From positions 24,061,758 through 24,125,757 of the forward strand of contig NC_068999.1 of NCBI RefSeq assembly GCF_001194135.2: 64,000 nt of DNA, in the 5' to 3' direction. A program made the translations under genes and the position numbers. The notes under the pieces were generated by a model that saw only the letters and a program-made list of their open reading frames with translations, searched no databases and had not been told where the DNA came from. Shown here one piece after another: positions 50,892-64,000 of this stretch (its first letter is position 1; each line of letters opens with the position of its first letter). The DNA is from Octopus bimaculoides (lineage: Eukaryota).

Positions 50892-51730
50892 CGACATATA
50901 TATACAACAGGCTTCTTTCAGTTTCCGTCTACCAAATTTACTCACAAGGCTTTGGTTGGCCCAAGGCTATAGTAGATGACACTTGGACACTTGCCCAAGG
51001 TGCCACGCATTGAGCCTGAACCCTGAACCATGTGGTTGGGAAGCAAGCTTCTTACCACACAGCCACATATGTTTATGTATGTATGTATGTTTATATATAT
51101 ATATAAGTATGAATGTATGTATAAACACACTCACTCTCTCACTTTCTCTCACACACAGACACACATAACAAACTTTCACATAGTCTCTGTCTACCAAATT
51201 TACTACACTTACATGACATTGGTTGAGCTGTGGCTATAGTATAAGACACTTTGCCCAAGGTGCCATGCAGAGGGTCTGAACTTGAAACCACATGGTTACA
51301 ATGAAAAGCTTCTTAACCATGCAGCCATGCTTGCAACTTAGATTTAAATATTGGCAAACTCTTTTGCGAAATGCTTAGCGGTATTTTGTCTGTCTTTATG
51401 TTCTGAGTTCAAATTCCACCAAGGTTGACTTTGCCTTTCATCCTTTCAGGGTCGATAAATTAAGTACCAGTTGTGTACTGGGATTGATCTAATTGATTGG
51501 CCCCATCCCCAAAAATGTTGGGCCTTGTGCCTAGAGTAGAAAAGAATCTTTGGCATGCTGGCCAAAATGCTATTAAGCATTTTTATTGTCTTTATGGACA
51601 GAGTTGAAATTCCTCTGATGTCAACTTTGCCTTTCATCCTTTAGGGTTGATGAAATAAGTACCATTTGAGCAATGGGGTTGATGTAATCAACTGGCCCTT
51701 ACCTCAAATTTTCAGACCTTGTAGAAAGAA
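50660..51730. mobile_element. SINE cluster: A (-, 50660-51070), A head (-, 51170-51335), two tandem C (+, 51350-51730)
   Basis: Family A and C motifs. Confidence 0.85.
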
Positions 51731-52839
51731 TTAAAATTCTGTTTTGGTCTCAAGGGAGAAACTGTTTTTATCATATGGACTATTTTTAGAGATTTCATCA
51801 AGCAGGCAATTTTCATTTTAAGTGAGGTTGAAATGTTGTCTATTATAGTAGAACCACTCATTAGTTGTTTTTTTTTTTTTACTTTGTTTTAAACAAGGAT
51901 GGTAAACAGGATTATTAATTTCTGCCTCTTCTCCAATGAATGTGTATCAATTTCTTTATGTCTGGTTGTGCAACAGCTAATGCGACTGTTGTCATTTAGA
52001 AAATAACAAATGTCAATTTGAACTTGATCTGTATCTGTAAATAAAGCATTTCCAAATAATGATTGAAAAAAAAGAAAAAAAAACACATCAATATTCTTGT
52101 TTACTAGTGATAACTCCCAGCATACTTCTAAAAATGAATTATTTATTTTGTCAGATGGGGTGAAGTTTATAAACAAGAATAATGCTTTTTTTATCAACTA
52201 TTCATAACCGATGCACCTAAAACTGATATTATGTTGCATGTCAATTGAATTTAAAACTGGCCTGTAGTTGCATGACATATGGATTTAAAAACTAGTTTGG
52301 TGTTGTATGACAATATAGACCTAAAAATAAATAGTGCATAAACAAATGAATTCAGTTAAAGTAATCACAGTATAAGAAAACATTAACATTTATTAAAAAT
52401 CAAAAGTTTTTATTGGGTTCGATTTCCAATTATTGCTATGTTTTATTTGATATTGAACACAATGCAGAAAGATACAGCAAGCTCCTCTATCTAATGTCAT
52501 TATTTATATCAATGAGGGTTGGGCCATCAGAATTGGTAGAGCATCAGATAAATTTTCTTTTTGTATTTGATTTGCAAAGGTCTTGATGTGAACTTCTGTG
52601 TTGAAACAGGTTTTGTTGTATCTTGGGAGTGTCTTTATATCAATAAAAACACCCCACACTGGTTATATTTCACTTCTTTTATTATTATTTGTTATTTCAT
52701 TTAACCAGTTAACTAATCGATTGTGTGATTAATTGTTCTGTCAATCAACTAATCAGCTAGGCTCATCAGAGTCCACTCACTGCCATTCATGACCTCATCA
52801 GTAACAGTGATTAGTTAACTGATTACATTCATTAATAAG

Positions 52840-53260
52840 CACAGGCATGGCTATGTGGTAAGAAGCTTGCTTCCCAACCACATGGTTCCAGGTTCAGTCC
52901 CACTGTGTACCACTTTGAGCAAGTATCTTCTACTATAGCCTCAGTTTGACCAAAGCCTTCGGAGTAGATATGGTAGACAGAAACTCAAAGAAGCCTGTCA
53001 TATATATATGTGTGTGTGCATGTGTGTGTGTTTGTCCCCCACTACTGCTTGACAACCAGTGTTGGTGTGTTTACATCCCTGTAATTTAACAGTTCAGAAA
53101 GAGATCTATAAAATAAATCTATGAAGAGATCTATAGAATAAGTATTAGATTAAAAGACAAAAAACGTCCTGGGGTCAATTTGTTTGACTTAAAACCCTTC
53201 AAATCAGTGCCCCAGCATGGCCACAGCCAAATGATTGAAGCAAATGAAATCAAGAACAAA
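52840..53260 (+). mobile_element. SINE family A copy
   Basis: Full head, microsatellite and tail. Confidence 0.88.
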
Positions 53261-53494
53261 AAAAATGTTAACAAAATCACCAAGTAAAAGAAGTGAAATA
53301 GAACCTGTGCATGTGTTTATTATTATCATAATGACCCTCCTAAGATACAACAAAATCAAATAGTAAGTTACTTTGTACTATTTAGCTACATTTCGTTATC
53401 TTTTGACTTTAAACTCTGCTGAGATCCCGTTTTCCCTTTCTTCCTCTCCCTCCAGTCAAGACATCTACTTGTGTCTATCTTTTATCTTCCATCT

Positions 53495-53885
53495 TATCTT
53501 TTACTTGTTTCAGTCATTTAACTGTGCCCATGCTGGGGCACCACCTTGAAGGGTTTTTTTAGTTGAACAAATTGACCTCAGGACTTATTTTTTTAAATCC
53601 TAGCACTTATTCTTTTAATCCTAGTACTCTTTTGCCAAACTGCTAAGTTACAGGGACATAAACACACCAGCAATGGTTGTCAAGCAGTGGCAGGAGACAA
53701 ACGCAGACACAAAGATACACACACAACAAATTTCTTTCAGTTTCCATCTACCAAAATTTACTCACAAGGCTTTGACCCGGAGTTATAGTGGAAGACACTT
53801 GCTCAAAGTGCTATGCAGTGGGACTGAACCCAAAACTATGTGGTTGGGAAGCAAGCTTCTTACCACATAACCATGCCTGCACCTA
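53495..53885 (-). mobile_element. SINE family A copy, inverted relative to 52840-53260
   Basis: Reverse-complement tail followed by reverse-complement head. Confidence 0.88.
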
Positions 53886-55249
53886 TGATAGGAATCATTA
53901 TATCTATCAACTACAATTTTATTTTCTAGCTTTCATGTATTACTTTCAAATATATTTTCTCTTGTTTATTTTCATGGTATATTCACTAATAGTATCCTTA
54001 AACTATTTTGTCCTGCTGGCCATTGTGGCTTTCTATCCTCATCTATACATCAATGGTCATGGATGAAGGCAACATGTAGCACTTTTAATTATCAAATAAT
54101 TTCTTGAATTCATTTGAGCATACTTTATCTGACAATTTCCTGTTAAACAAGCAGTGTATCAGTCTCAGTTCATTCCATCATGGATGCAAAGGTTTGCTTT
54201 TTTTTCTAACTTTTACTATAAAATTTTATTGCCATTAAGAATAATTAGCTATACAGACACAAGCTTCATAGAAAACAGCGTTTTAGAAAATTCTTTTGAA
54301 AGCCTAAGTTGTGTCAGAATTTCCTGAATTATTGTAAACCCCTACTGTTCTATCCACATTGATCTCTTTATCATTACATTGACCATGTTTCAGTCTACTT
54401 GCATTTCTCTGTGTTTTATTATTTTTATTTCTTAGCCAATATTATATCACATTTAGATGATTTCAATATCACTCCCGAGAAATATATAAAAAATATGAAA
54501 TTGCAGCATAGAGCTGCAATTTCATATCTTTTTTTAATAATGTTTAGCACTTTATCTAATTAAGAAATTCCCTATTTAGTTAGATACTATAGTAATATAT
54601 GAGTCATAGTATTTTATTTTCTAGAATGATTATTAGATTTATGTGTGAAATTATTGAATTTATTTGTCAATTCTCAGAAGAGTTATTTTCCTATTTCATT
54701 ATATCAAGAGGCCTTGTAATTTGACCTATTCATGCTATATCACAAATTCTTTGGTCTTTAGTCATCTAAGAATTCACAGTAATATTGTTTCTAGGATTTC
54801 ACTATAATGTGCTGACACATGTATCTTTGTTATTTGTTTATACCTGTCTGGTACTTTCATAATGCAAATCATTATACTTTAATATCATTATTGGCAAAAG
54901 TTATTTTAATATTACTTGTAACAATTCTCCAAAGATTACTGGACTATTGCAATAAATTTGTTATTGGACTTTTAAATATTTATTTTATATTTTATTTCAC
55001 AATTTGTGGTGTACAAGTTTGCAATAGGTCAATCACTGGTTCACTGCATTTGTGATAGTGAGAGTGACAAGGGATTGTCTATGTACTTGTTGTTTTTCTT
55101 GATATTTACATCTGCTGATATGCATTAATAAAAGATACACATAAATGCACATGTGCATGCATGCATGTGCACACACACAAACAGACACACACACACACAA
55201 ACAGACACACACACACACAAACAGACACACACACACACACACACACACA

Positions 55250-55435
55250 TCTACTTTTTATCTTTTATTTGTTTCATTCAATGCAGGGGCACTGCCTTGA
55301 AGAATTCAGTCAAACAAATTGACCCCAGTACTTATTTTTTATGCCTGGCCCTAATTCTATCAATCTCTTTTTGTCAAATCACAAGTTACAGGGACCAACC
55401 CAATTGTCAAGCAGTGGTAGGGATCAAACACAAAG

Positions 55436-55440
<5 letters not shown>
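55250..55440 (-). mobile_element. SINE family A tail
   Basis: TCTTTTATTTGTTTCATTCA..GGGGCACTGCC..TTGTCAAGCAGTGG. Confidence 0.75.
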
Positions 55441-55473
<33 letters not shown>

Positions 55474-55477
55474 ATGA

Positions 55478-55815
55478 AGGTGCTTGGCTCAGTGGTTAGA
55501 GCATTGGACTTACTATTGCGAGGTTTTGAATTTGATTCCTGGGCCGGGCTGCATGTTGCGTTCTTGAGCAAGATACTTTATTTCACGCTGTTCCAGTTCA
55601 CTGAGCTGTAGAAATGAGTTGTGATGTCACTGGTGCCAAGCTGTATCATCCTTTGCCTTTCCCTTGGACAAGATTGGTGGCATGAAGAGGGGAGACTAAT
55701 ATGCATTGGTTGACTACTGGTCTTCCACAAACAAGCTTGCTCAAACTTGTGCCTTGAAGGGGAACTTTCTAGGTACTATCCCATGGTCATTGATGACTAA
55801 AGGGGGTCTTTACCT
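55478..55815 (+). mobile_element. tRNA-derived SINE, distinct family, ending in a tetranucleotide tail
   Basis: TGGCTCAGTGGTTAGAGC A-box and TTTGATTCC B-box-like head. Central ACTTTATTTCACGCTGTTCCAGTTCACTGAGCTGTAGAAATGAGT. Confidence 0.75.
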
Positions 55816-56115
<300 letters not shown>

Positions 56116-56465
56116 ATATATATATAGGTTATATTTAAAATTAAAGTTTAGATAGGAGACTTTAAAATGTAGTATCAAAACCTTGTTTTGGGCATGCTGC
56201 TTGTTGTGGTCCTTCAAAGCACGTTCATCACTTACAGCTGGTGGACTTCAGTTCAGTCACCATCTTTCAAATTCCACTTGCAAGGTTTTGCTCACCCTGA
56301 GGCCTCAAGTAGAAGACTATGATCAGTCCTTGAACCCCTTGGTTGTAAACTGAATTCTTTAAGCACGTAGCCCTGTATCTATAAAAAGCATGTTGTGACT
56401 GGCAGATGGAAAGCAATGTTTAAAACATCTTAATTATATATATAATAGTGAAATAAAAATAATTG

Positions 56466-56514
<49 letters not shown>

Positions 56515-57722
56515 CTGCTTTAAATCAGTTACCTATAAGAAGTTAGCTACTAAATTAAGAAGGTTATTGTGTTGGAAATTGAGTTTCAATTGTAGTTGAG
56601 AGGAAACAAGATATTTATTTTGTTGTTTTGATACGTTTGAAATCAATAATTTCTTTTATGCAGAAATATAATGTGCACTATTGTCTGCAGTACGGACTAA
56701 TGATGCAACTCAGTGAGAAATTTCTCTGTTCTTTGATCATGGAACTGGTTCTGACACACACGCACAATAAAAAAAAAGAAACAAAAACAAAAGCAAAAAG
56801 ACTGCAAATCAAAACAACAAAAATGAATTCATTATTGCTGGTTTCTATAAGCTTGTTTGCTTTCTATATCTGTATGTTTCAGTATATTAAGATATTATTT
56901 CCCATTTTTAGAAATCATCTGTCACATTCAAGCCAGAAATTCAGCAATTATGGCCTTTTCCATGAGTAATTAAGGCAATAATTCACACTTAGTAGACATT
57001 TTTATTTGTATAAGCATTTATTTGTGAAAGCAGTATTATGCAATACCACATTCTATAAATCATTTGCAGGACTTTTGCTGTATATGTTGCATGTGGCTGC
57101 TCCAAATCAACTCCCTCAAATTATACCTTGCAACCTTAACAAAGGACACATTGGAGAATGTAGTCTTAGATATACTTTGTCTGAAAAACAAAATGGATGA
57201 GATGGACAGTTGGAGCACTTTTGATCATAGTCTGTTGGATCAAAAAAAGAATGAATCATAAATCTTTTAACAATTTTTGGTAATAACTTTTATTATATAT
57301 CAAAATATCATAAAAACTTAATAACATGCAAAAGTATTTCTACAAATTAATGTAGAAAAATATGTCTCTTAGTTTTTTCTTCTCAGCATTTGGGGTAAAC
57401 TATCTGTTTTCGCCCCTGAATATATTAACATTGTTTCATTCAGATTTCGTAGCTTCCCAAAGATGATAGAGTTTTCAAATTTTCTCTCATGTTTGTGTTC
57501 AATGCACATTTAAATATTCTCAATAGATTCTGAAATGACCAGAATGTAATTTTCGGATGTTTTTTTATTTATTTTTTTTGTAACTATTTTTTGGTTGCTT
57601 TAGTTGTATGGGTAGGAATATGGCCTTGTTGAAAAAACTTGTGGTTTTGTGTTATTTTTTTTTCTCCAGGAAATAATTTTTGCTGGCTGAGAAGTAATCC
57701 TCTCTCTTTCTCACAGTTTTAA

Positions 57723-57940
57723 CCCCATAGCATTCAGATTATTCTGCCTATTGTAATGCTTATTTATTCACATTGTTTGGAATTAGTAATACATTATCTT
57801 TTTGTATTGAGTTTGATTATGTGCTAGTTTATTTTTAGTGTGACATTATAGGGTAGGTGTGCGAGGCTGAATATGGTCAGTTTGAACATAAAACAGGTAT
57901 GATATTTGGGTCGGATATGGCTGGTTTAGATGCTAATGGG
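57723..57940 (+). mobile_element. piggyBac-like MITE flanked by TTAA
   Basis: TTAA|CCCCATAGCATT ... GATGCTAATGGG|TTAA. Confidence 0.8.
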
Positions 57941-58346
57941 TTAAATATTCCAAGGAAGTAACTGACTGTTAAGACCTTATAAGTTCACTAACATTTGTAG
58001 ATGATAATGTACTCCATAATCATGTTTCTACTGTCTCTTCACTTAACAGTTGTTGAAATACACTCAGAGTAGACTCTCACACATTAGCTCTGCAAAAACA
58101 AAATTCTAATGTGTTACTTCAAAGGTCAAACCTTGATTCAGCATTTTGGAGAACTTTCTGAAATGAGTATGAAAAGTGCAGTCTGTTCTTAATATATATT
58201 TTGGTTAACAGAATGCTACATAGCCCATCTTGTAGAGGCAAAGCAAGCATCTTTTGGTTGTCTTGTAATGGTCCTTCTGAAGAGTTTTGTTTTTAGTAGC
58301 TGTTACAGCAACTACTAAAGTTGTTGCAGGATTTTCTTTCCTGAAG

Positions 58347-58461
58347 AACCAAGAATTTTAGTCTTCTGCCATTTGTATTTGTAGTAGTTCTCTCTCTACC
58401 AGGTCCTTTCTTCCATGCAGTAGAACAAGTTTTCTGGGTGTGTAGGTCTATTCTCTTTATG
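58347..58461 (+). CDS. Candidate exon encoding a hydrophobic segment, unidentified
   Basis: Pyrimidine-rich TTTTCTTTCCTGAAG acceptor (weak AAG), strong ATG|GTAAGC donor, frame TKNFSLLPFVFVVVLSLPGPFFHAVEQVFWVCRSILFM. Confidence 0.28.
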
Positions 58462-60127
58462 GTAAGCAGAAAAATAGGAATTTTCTTCTTCAGTAGCTCA
58501 TGGATTTCAAAATAGGCTGTGACTGCTTCAAAGAATAGCAGTTTGATTTTTAATATCCACCACAGCAAGGAATTTCTTTTTTTTTTTTAATGCTTATCTA
58601 AGAAAAACACACACACACACACACGCACACACAAGTTGTAAGTAAAGCTGGTTATGCAAACATTTTGATTTAGACAATAAAAGAAATTTTTTGTTCACTT
58701 CCATTTAAAAGAGAAACCTGGAACTTTTTTGATTTTTTAAATACCTTTTCCAAATTTTTATCATAACAAAAATTCAAAACAACCCTATCATCTATTTTCT
58801 GTATGCTCACTTTTAATCTCTTATGTCTTACCTAAGATGTTAGTGGCCATGAAAGATAATAAATGAAACTTTGAGGATTTTTGTAGTTTCATTGTTTTTT
58901 AACAAAACCCTGTGCAACTTATTTTTCTTCTAAAGTGGAGGGGGGACCTTTAAGAGCATCTGGAGAAAGTATTGCAGCACTTGCAGCAATCTATTTAAAT
59001 TGTAATATACAGTACACTTTAATGCCTCCAGTTTATGAAAACATATTTGGTTAATGTTTTATTCTTTTTGTCTAGGAGTTGTGTGTGTGTAGAAGCTTGA
59101 ATACACACATACATACAGATTTGGCAGGTTCTTTGTCAAGAATGAAATAGGAAATTTGCATCCTGTAGGCATGTTATATCATCTGCCTGTTCTAAATTTT
59201 TTTAAGCTGAGTTCCTACAGACTAATTCAATCCATGCCAGTATGTTAAAATGCATGGCAAACATTGAGGAGAACTGAAAATGAAATCTAGGAAATTTTCG
59301 TTATCCTGAAAAAACTTATACAAAAAAACCAGTGTTTCTTGAATAAGTAAAAAAGAGAAACAATGAAAGTAGATAAAGTTTTAAAATAACAATATAGTTA
59401 ACTATATTATTTTCAAATGAAATAATTTTAAAAAAATCATGACTGAATATATTTGGAGTTTGTTTCAAACTTATATAGTTGAGTAAAAAAAAAAAAAAAA
59501 AAGTAAAACTTTAAAAAAATAACATCTGAAAGATAAAAGATATGTTCAGAAACACATGATTAGAGGTTCTTGTGACAAACTGAATTCCACCAATCTGGTA
59601 AAATAGTCACGGAATTTATGATAGCTAGAATATTAATTTTTGATGCCATAGAAAAATATTTTTCATGAGATTGAAACCATCCTATAACTTTGATAATTAA
59701 GTTGATATAATTAGACATAATTAGATAGAGACTACATTGTAAATGTCTTCTCTTCTCTAGATTTACTCGTCAAAATTTCCACAATCTTTGTAACATGACC
59801 CATTGGGAGAAGAAGAAATTCAATTAAATTCAATTTTAGCACCATTTTAAGACAGTCTATATCTTACTTGCCAAACATCAGACTAACTCTCCACTGCTTG
59901 CTGCCATTTAAATTTTAATCAATTTTCATTTTGGTATTGTGTCCCTTGCCTTTCATGACAAATATTGTCATTAATGCTAATGGCTTTTGTCTTCAATGTA
60001 TGTGTAATTTTAATTGATTCAGAAATGTTTGACTCACTCCATTAAATCCGTTAGCCTCTGTGTAACTACACAATTCAATGTTGCCTCTTCTCTAATGTTT
60101 TTTAGTTTTTAGTTTTAGTTTTGTTAG

Positions 60128-60249
60128 AGCATACTTCAATTTTGTCTGTCTCAAAGCAGACAAGACTCATTCTTACTCTCCATCTAAGCTTAGCACGTGC
60201 GTCATACCTACAGGCTCTCCTACATAACAGTTCTCCAAAGAAGCGATAA
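60128..60249 (+). CDS. Candidate terminal exon, unidentified
   Basis: (TTTTAG)n-TTGTTAG acceptor followed by CpG-retaining non-repeat sequence. All three frames are open for 19-40 codons, so the frame is unresolved. Confidence 0.25.
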
Positions 60250-60304
60250 GTTAATGAGCTTTGTTTGCAGAACATAAACTTTGAATTAAGGAGCATAAAA
60301 TTAA

Positions 60305-61050
60305 ATCTTTTATCTTTTACTTGTTTCAGTTATTAGACTGTGACCATGCTGGGGCACTGCCTTGATGGATTTTAATTGAACAAATTGACCCCAGTACTTA
60401 CCATTAAGTCTATTGGTCTCTTTTGACAAACCACTAAGCTGCGGGGACATAAACAAACCAACACTGGTTGTCAAGCATTGACGGATGATAAACACAGATA
60501 CCCCCCCCCCACACACACACACATGCACACACGCATGCATGAACACACACTCAAGCATACATACATACATACATATATACATATATACATAGGCATGACT
60601 GTGTGGTAAGAAGCTTGCTTCCCAACCGCATGGTTCCAGGTTCAGCCTCACTGTGTTGCACCTTGTCTGTGTTTGTCCCCTGCCACCACTTGACAACCAA
60701 TGTTGGTGTGTTTACATCCCTGTCACTTAGCAGTTTGGAAAAAGAGACCAATAGAATAAGGATCAGGCTTAAAAAATGATAAGTACTGAGGTTGATTCAT
60801 TCGACTAAAAATTCTTCAAGGCGGTGCCCCAGCATGGTCACAGTCTAATAACTGAAACGAGTAAAAGATAAAAGATACACACACACGCACACACACACAC
60901 TGGGCTTCTTCACAGTTTCTGTCTACCAAATTCACTCACTAAGCATTGGCCAGCCCAAGCTATAGTAGAAGATGTTTGCCCTATAGTAGAGGACGTTTGC
61001 CCAAGGTTTGAAAGTAAGATTTCTTATCCAATTAGCCACGTCTGCACCTC
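60305..61050. mobile_element. SINE family A cluster (- tail, + deleted copy, - head)
   Basis: Family A motifs. Confidence 0.8.
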
Positions 61051-61714
61051 TAATGCAGAAGATAAAAAATAACTTTTTAATAAAATAGCACATGACCATT
61101 GCAAGAAGTAGACTAGTTTTTTTTGCTTGTTCTGTATATTTTTTTTACTTTCATTTTTTTGTGCTTTTACATCCATTTCCATTTTTAATATGCAAAAAAA
61201 AAAAAATGTTATGATTTCAAGCACATAAAGTTTGAAGAGTGTGCATTATGACTAAATACACATCATAATGTTTTAATTTTGGAATAAATATTAAATAGAG
61301 TTGATACAAGTTTTAGAGAGATTGATTGAGGCAGTTAAATGACTTCTACTTAAGAAACCAGAACAATGATATTTAATATTTATAGGTAGTTTTAACTAAT
61401 ATCTTTTCAATTAGTCGCTCATAACCTCAACTGTTCAATAATTTGAAAATATGAGATAAGTTTGGGAGAAATTNNNNNNNNNNGAACAATGATATTTAAT
61501 ATTTATAGGTAGTTTTAACTAATATCTTTTCAATTAGTCGCTCATAACCTCAACTGTTCAATAATTTGAAAATATGAGATAAGTTTGGGAGAAATTTGAT
61601 GAAGCTTTCAATTTCAAGATATGGAAAATATCTTCAGAAAATAGTAAACCATTCTTAATAGTGAATGAGAATAGTGTTATTCTCTTAATCATCATCACAG
61701 TCATTGTCATCAAC

Positions 61715-62100
61715 ATCATCATCATATGTCCATTTTCCATGCTGGCATGGGTTGGACAGTTTGATAGAAAGTGGCAAGGTCAGGGACTGCACCAGGTTCC
61801 ATAGTCTGTTTTCATTTGGTTTCTATGGCTAGATGCCCTCCCTAATGCCAACCACATTACAGAGTGCTTTTTACAGGGTGCTTTTTGCATGACACCATCA
61901 GTCGTGCTTTTTACGTGGCACAGCACCAATGCTTTTTATGTGGCACTAGCACCCACACCAGTACTTTTTATGTGGTACCTTGGTTTTAGGGTCTCAATTT
62001 TGTTATGGCGGGTGGGTCTTCTTGAGTACAGCAATGTGCCACATGTCATCATGTTATATTTACTTTCTATGTTGGCATGAGATAGAGGAGTCAGTTCTTA
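61715..62100 (-). mobile_element. RTE 3' UTR/tail relic
   Basis: CATCATCATATGTCCATTTTCCATGCTGGCATGGGTTGGAC..GGATGCC-type motifs. Confidence 0.8.
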
Positions 62101-62639
62101 TCCAGGGTTACTCCTCTAAAGAGGTTAAGGATCATGTCTTTCTTGAACATTATATTATTGAATTGTTATCTATAGTTGGATGCTTTTCCCATTATCAGTC
62201 ACTTTACAGACTGTACTGGGATCAGTGCCAGAGAGTTTGTCATGTCCTCTGTAAGACTAAAAGGTCCTCTTCAACCCAATTGATCTGCTAATTTTCCAGT
62301 CACTTCACAGAATGTGCTGGATACACTTCATTATGACATAAGCACTAGCATGTTTACCTTGTATACTTTAAACCTGAAGAATCTTCACAACTCTGTGATG
62401 TGATTGTTCATTGAAAGTATAGAGTGAGAAGAGAAATGGATGACTGTAGAAGAGACAGCATGGGTGGTTGGAGTGGATAAGAATATGATGGTAAGATAGT
62501 GATGGGATGAGAGGGAGACTGATGACAGACGATACAAGATGGAGGGAGGGGACAAGACAAAATGTGATGGGAGTGAGAGGAGTAGTAAAGAGGGAAAGTA
62601 TGCCAATCTTAATTACAGTGATTGCAAAATATAATGGAG

Positions 62640-62678
<39 letters not shown>

Positions 62679-64000
62679 ATGAATGAAAAAGGGATGAGAG
62701 GGTATCTAGAGGCAGGATTCACAAGTGATATAGTTTTAACTGGGTCTATTGGGCTAGATACGCAAATATTGAACCTTTCCAGTGTTCATCATTATCGTCA
62801 GTTTTACATTTTTGACATTTGTTGCACAAGAGGGATGGTCATCTCCAGTGTTGCATGTTGTCAATTATCACTGTTCTTTGTCATCTCCTCTGTAAGGAGG
62901 GGAATCTTGATCACTTTATCTCATGTCTTCCTGGGTCCCCTTATTCCACAGGTTACATCATATTTCTGAGAATTTAGTAAGATCAAACACTGTTTCTTTA
63001 CCAAAGGAGCTCACTCAAAAAAAATTATATACTTGTGTTTTGGCAAAAATGGAACTGGACTTAGTTACCTCTCGAGACAAAAATTACAACAGGCACTTTA
63101 GGATATCTTGGGAGAAATTCTCTCATCTAAAAAAGGAAAAGTTATGGCACTATCTGTTGTACTTTTAAGACTGAAGAGTCAACCAAAACACAGGTTTAAC
63201 TTGTTAGACACACCTTTGCATATACATTTGTATCCCAGTACATGCGTCAAAGAAACAGAAGAGTAATGACAAGACACATCAGAACCAACATAGATTCATG
63301 ACTAGTTATCACTTTTGTATTGCAGTGTGCAGGTGTTGACACAAGTCCAGTGTGCATCAAATTGGATTTACAAGCCCTGATGATCCTTAGATCCTTAAAA
63401 GCCACAAAGCTATGTCAGAACTGTGCTTAGTTGAAGGCACCAAGAGAAAGGGCATGAAAACGATGATACTTGGTTGAGCATCTACATTATTTCCTAAGAA
63501 AGCAAAATAACTTTTGGAAATATAAAGCCCAGATGTATAGCAGGGATTTGGTCATCATTTCATTTTATGTAGCACTGATGATGAAAGGGAAGCTCCTAAT
63601 ATGATTTTTTTTCTTAAGAGGATATGAGATTTCACAGGGAAAATTCTGAAGTCATTAATAACAATTTTAAAAAATTGCTGAATCTTGAAGCTGTTCATCA
63701 CTGAAGTGGTTACCTCTCAAAAAAAACAGCAAAACTTTGTCACAGGAGCGACCTGGTTATGGTACTTTGACTGCGCACCTAGCTGAGATGTATATAAAAA
63801 TAAAAAATAAAAACTGAAATAAAAATTGAAAAAAGTGGAATTTTAGGGAGAAAAATGTGCAAAAACATGATGTCAGTAAAATTTTAGTCCTGTAAAGTAG
63901 CTCAGTTTTAGGCCATTTTAGGCTATCTACTGATAAATTTTCACTGAAAATGTTTTTCTTTGGTAGTTTTGTCTTAGATCAAAACTCAACCAAAAACATA

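Noticed and set aside
61360-61596. Exact ~113-bp direct repeat on both sides of a 9-N gap
   Set aside because: Identical sequence flanking a tiny gap is the signature of an unmerged contig overlap, an assembly artefact.
62923-63168. 81-aa ORF after a TTCCACAG acceptor
   Set aside because: No donor, no recognisable homology, and competing frames of similar length. Cannot be supported.
63600-64000. Possible DNA-transposon terminal region
   Set aside because: It runs off the window end, and no TIR partner or second copy is visible.

Overview
AT-rich, repeat-saturated animal genomic DNA with 8 assembly gaps, most flanked by (TA)n or (CA)n microsatellites. The SINE families look like those of Octopus/coleoid cephalopods. 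That assignment is recognition from memory, not a database result. No intact gene, rRNA, genuine tRNA or CRISPR array is supported. Most ORF-track entries are artefacts of microsatellites, N-runs or SINEs. The window is a graveyard of decayed transposons identified by translated motifs: L2/CR1-type LINEs, several RTE lineages, an R4/Dong-like RLE LINE, a HERO-type RLE LINE, two Naiad-type Penelope-like elements (PLEs), a Tc1/mariner transposase fragment, mariner/Tc2/piggyBac-like MITEs and at least four tRNA-SINE families. A few small exon-like segments could belong to an unidentified spliced + strand gene (low confidence). The most interesting signals are: (i) a PLE GIY-YIG relic with inverted ~350-bp pLTR arms carrying a decayed type I hammerhead-like fold; (ii) hammerhead core motifs in a permuted, pseudoknot-like order in the HERO 3' UTR; (iii) a hammerhead core cut by an assembly gap; (iv) a tandemly duplicated terminal module with 14-bp hairpins and X-box-like motifs; (v) a mariner MITE with an internal 58-bp palindrome. 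Repeat boundaries are approximate (tens of bp) unless stated otherwise.
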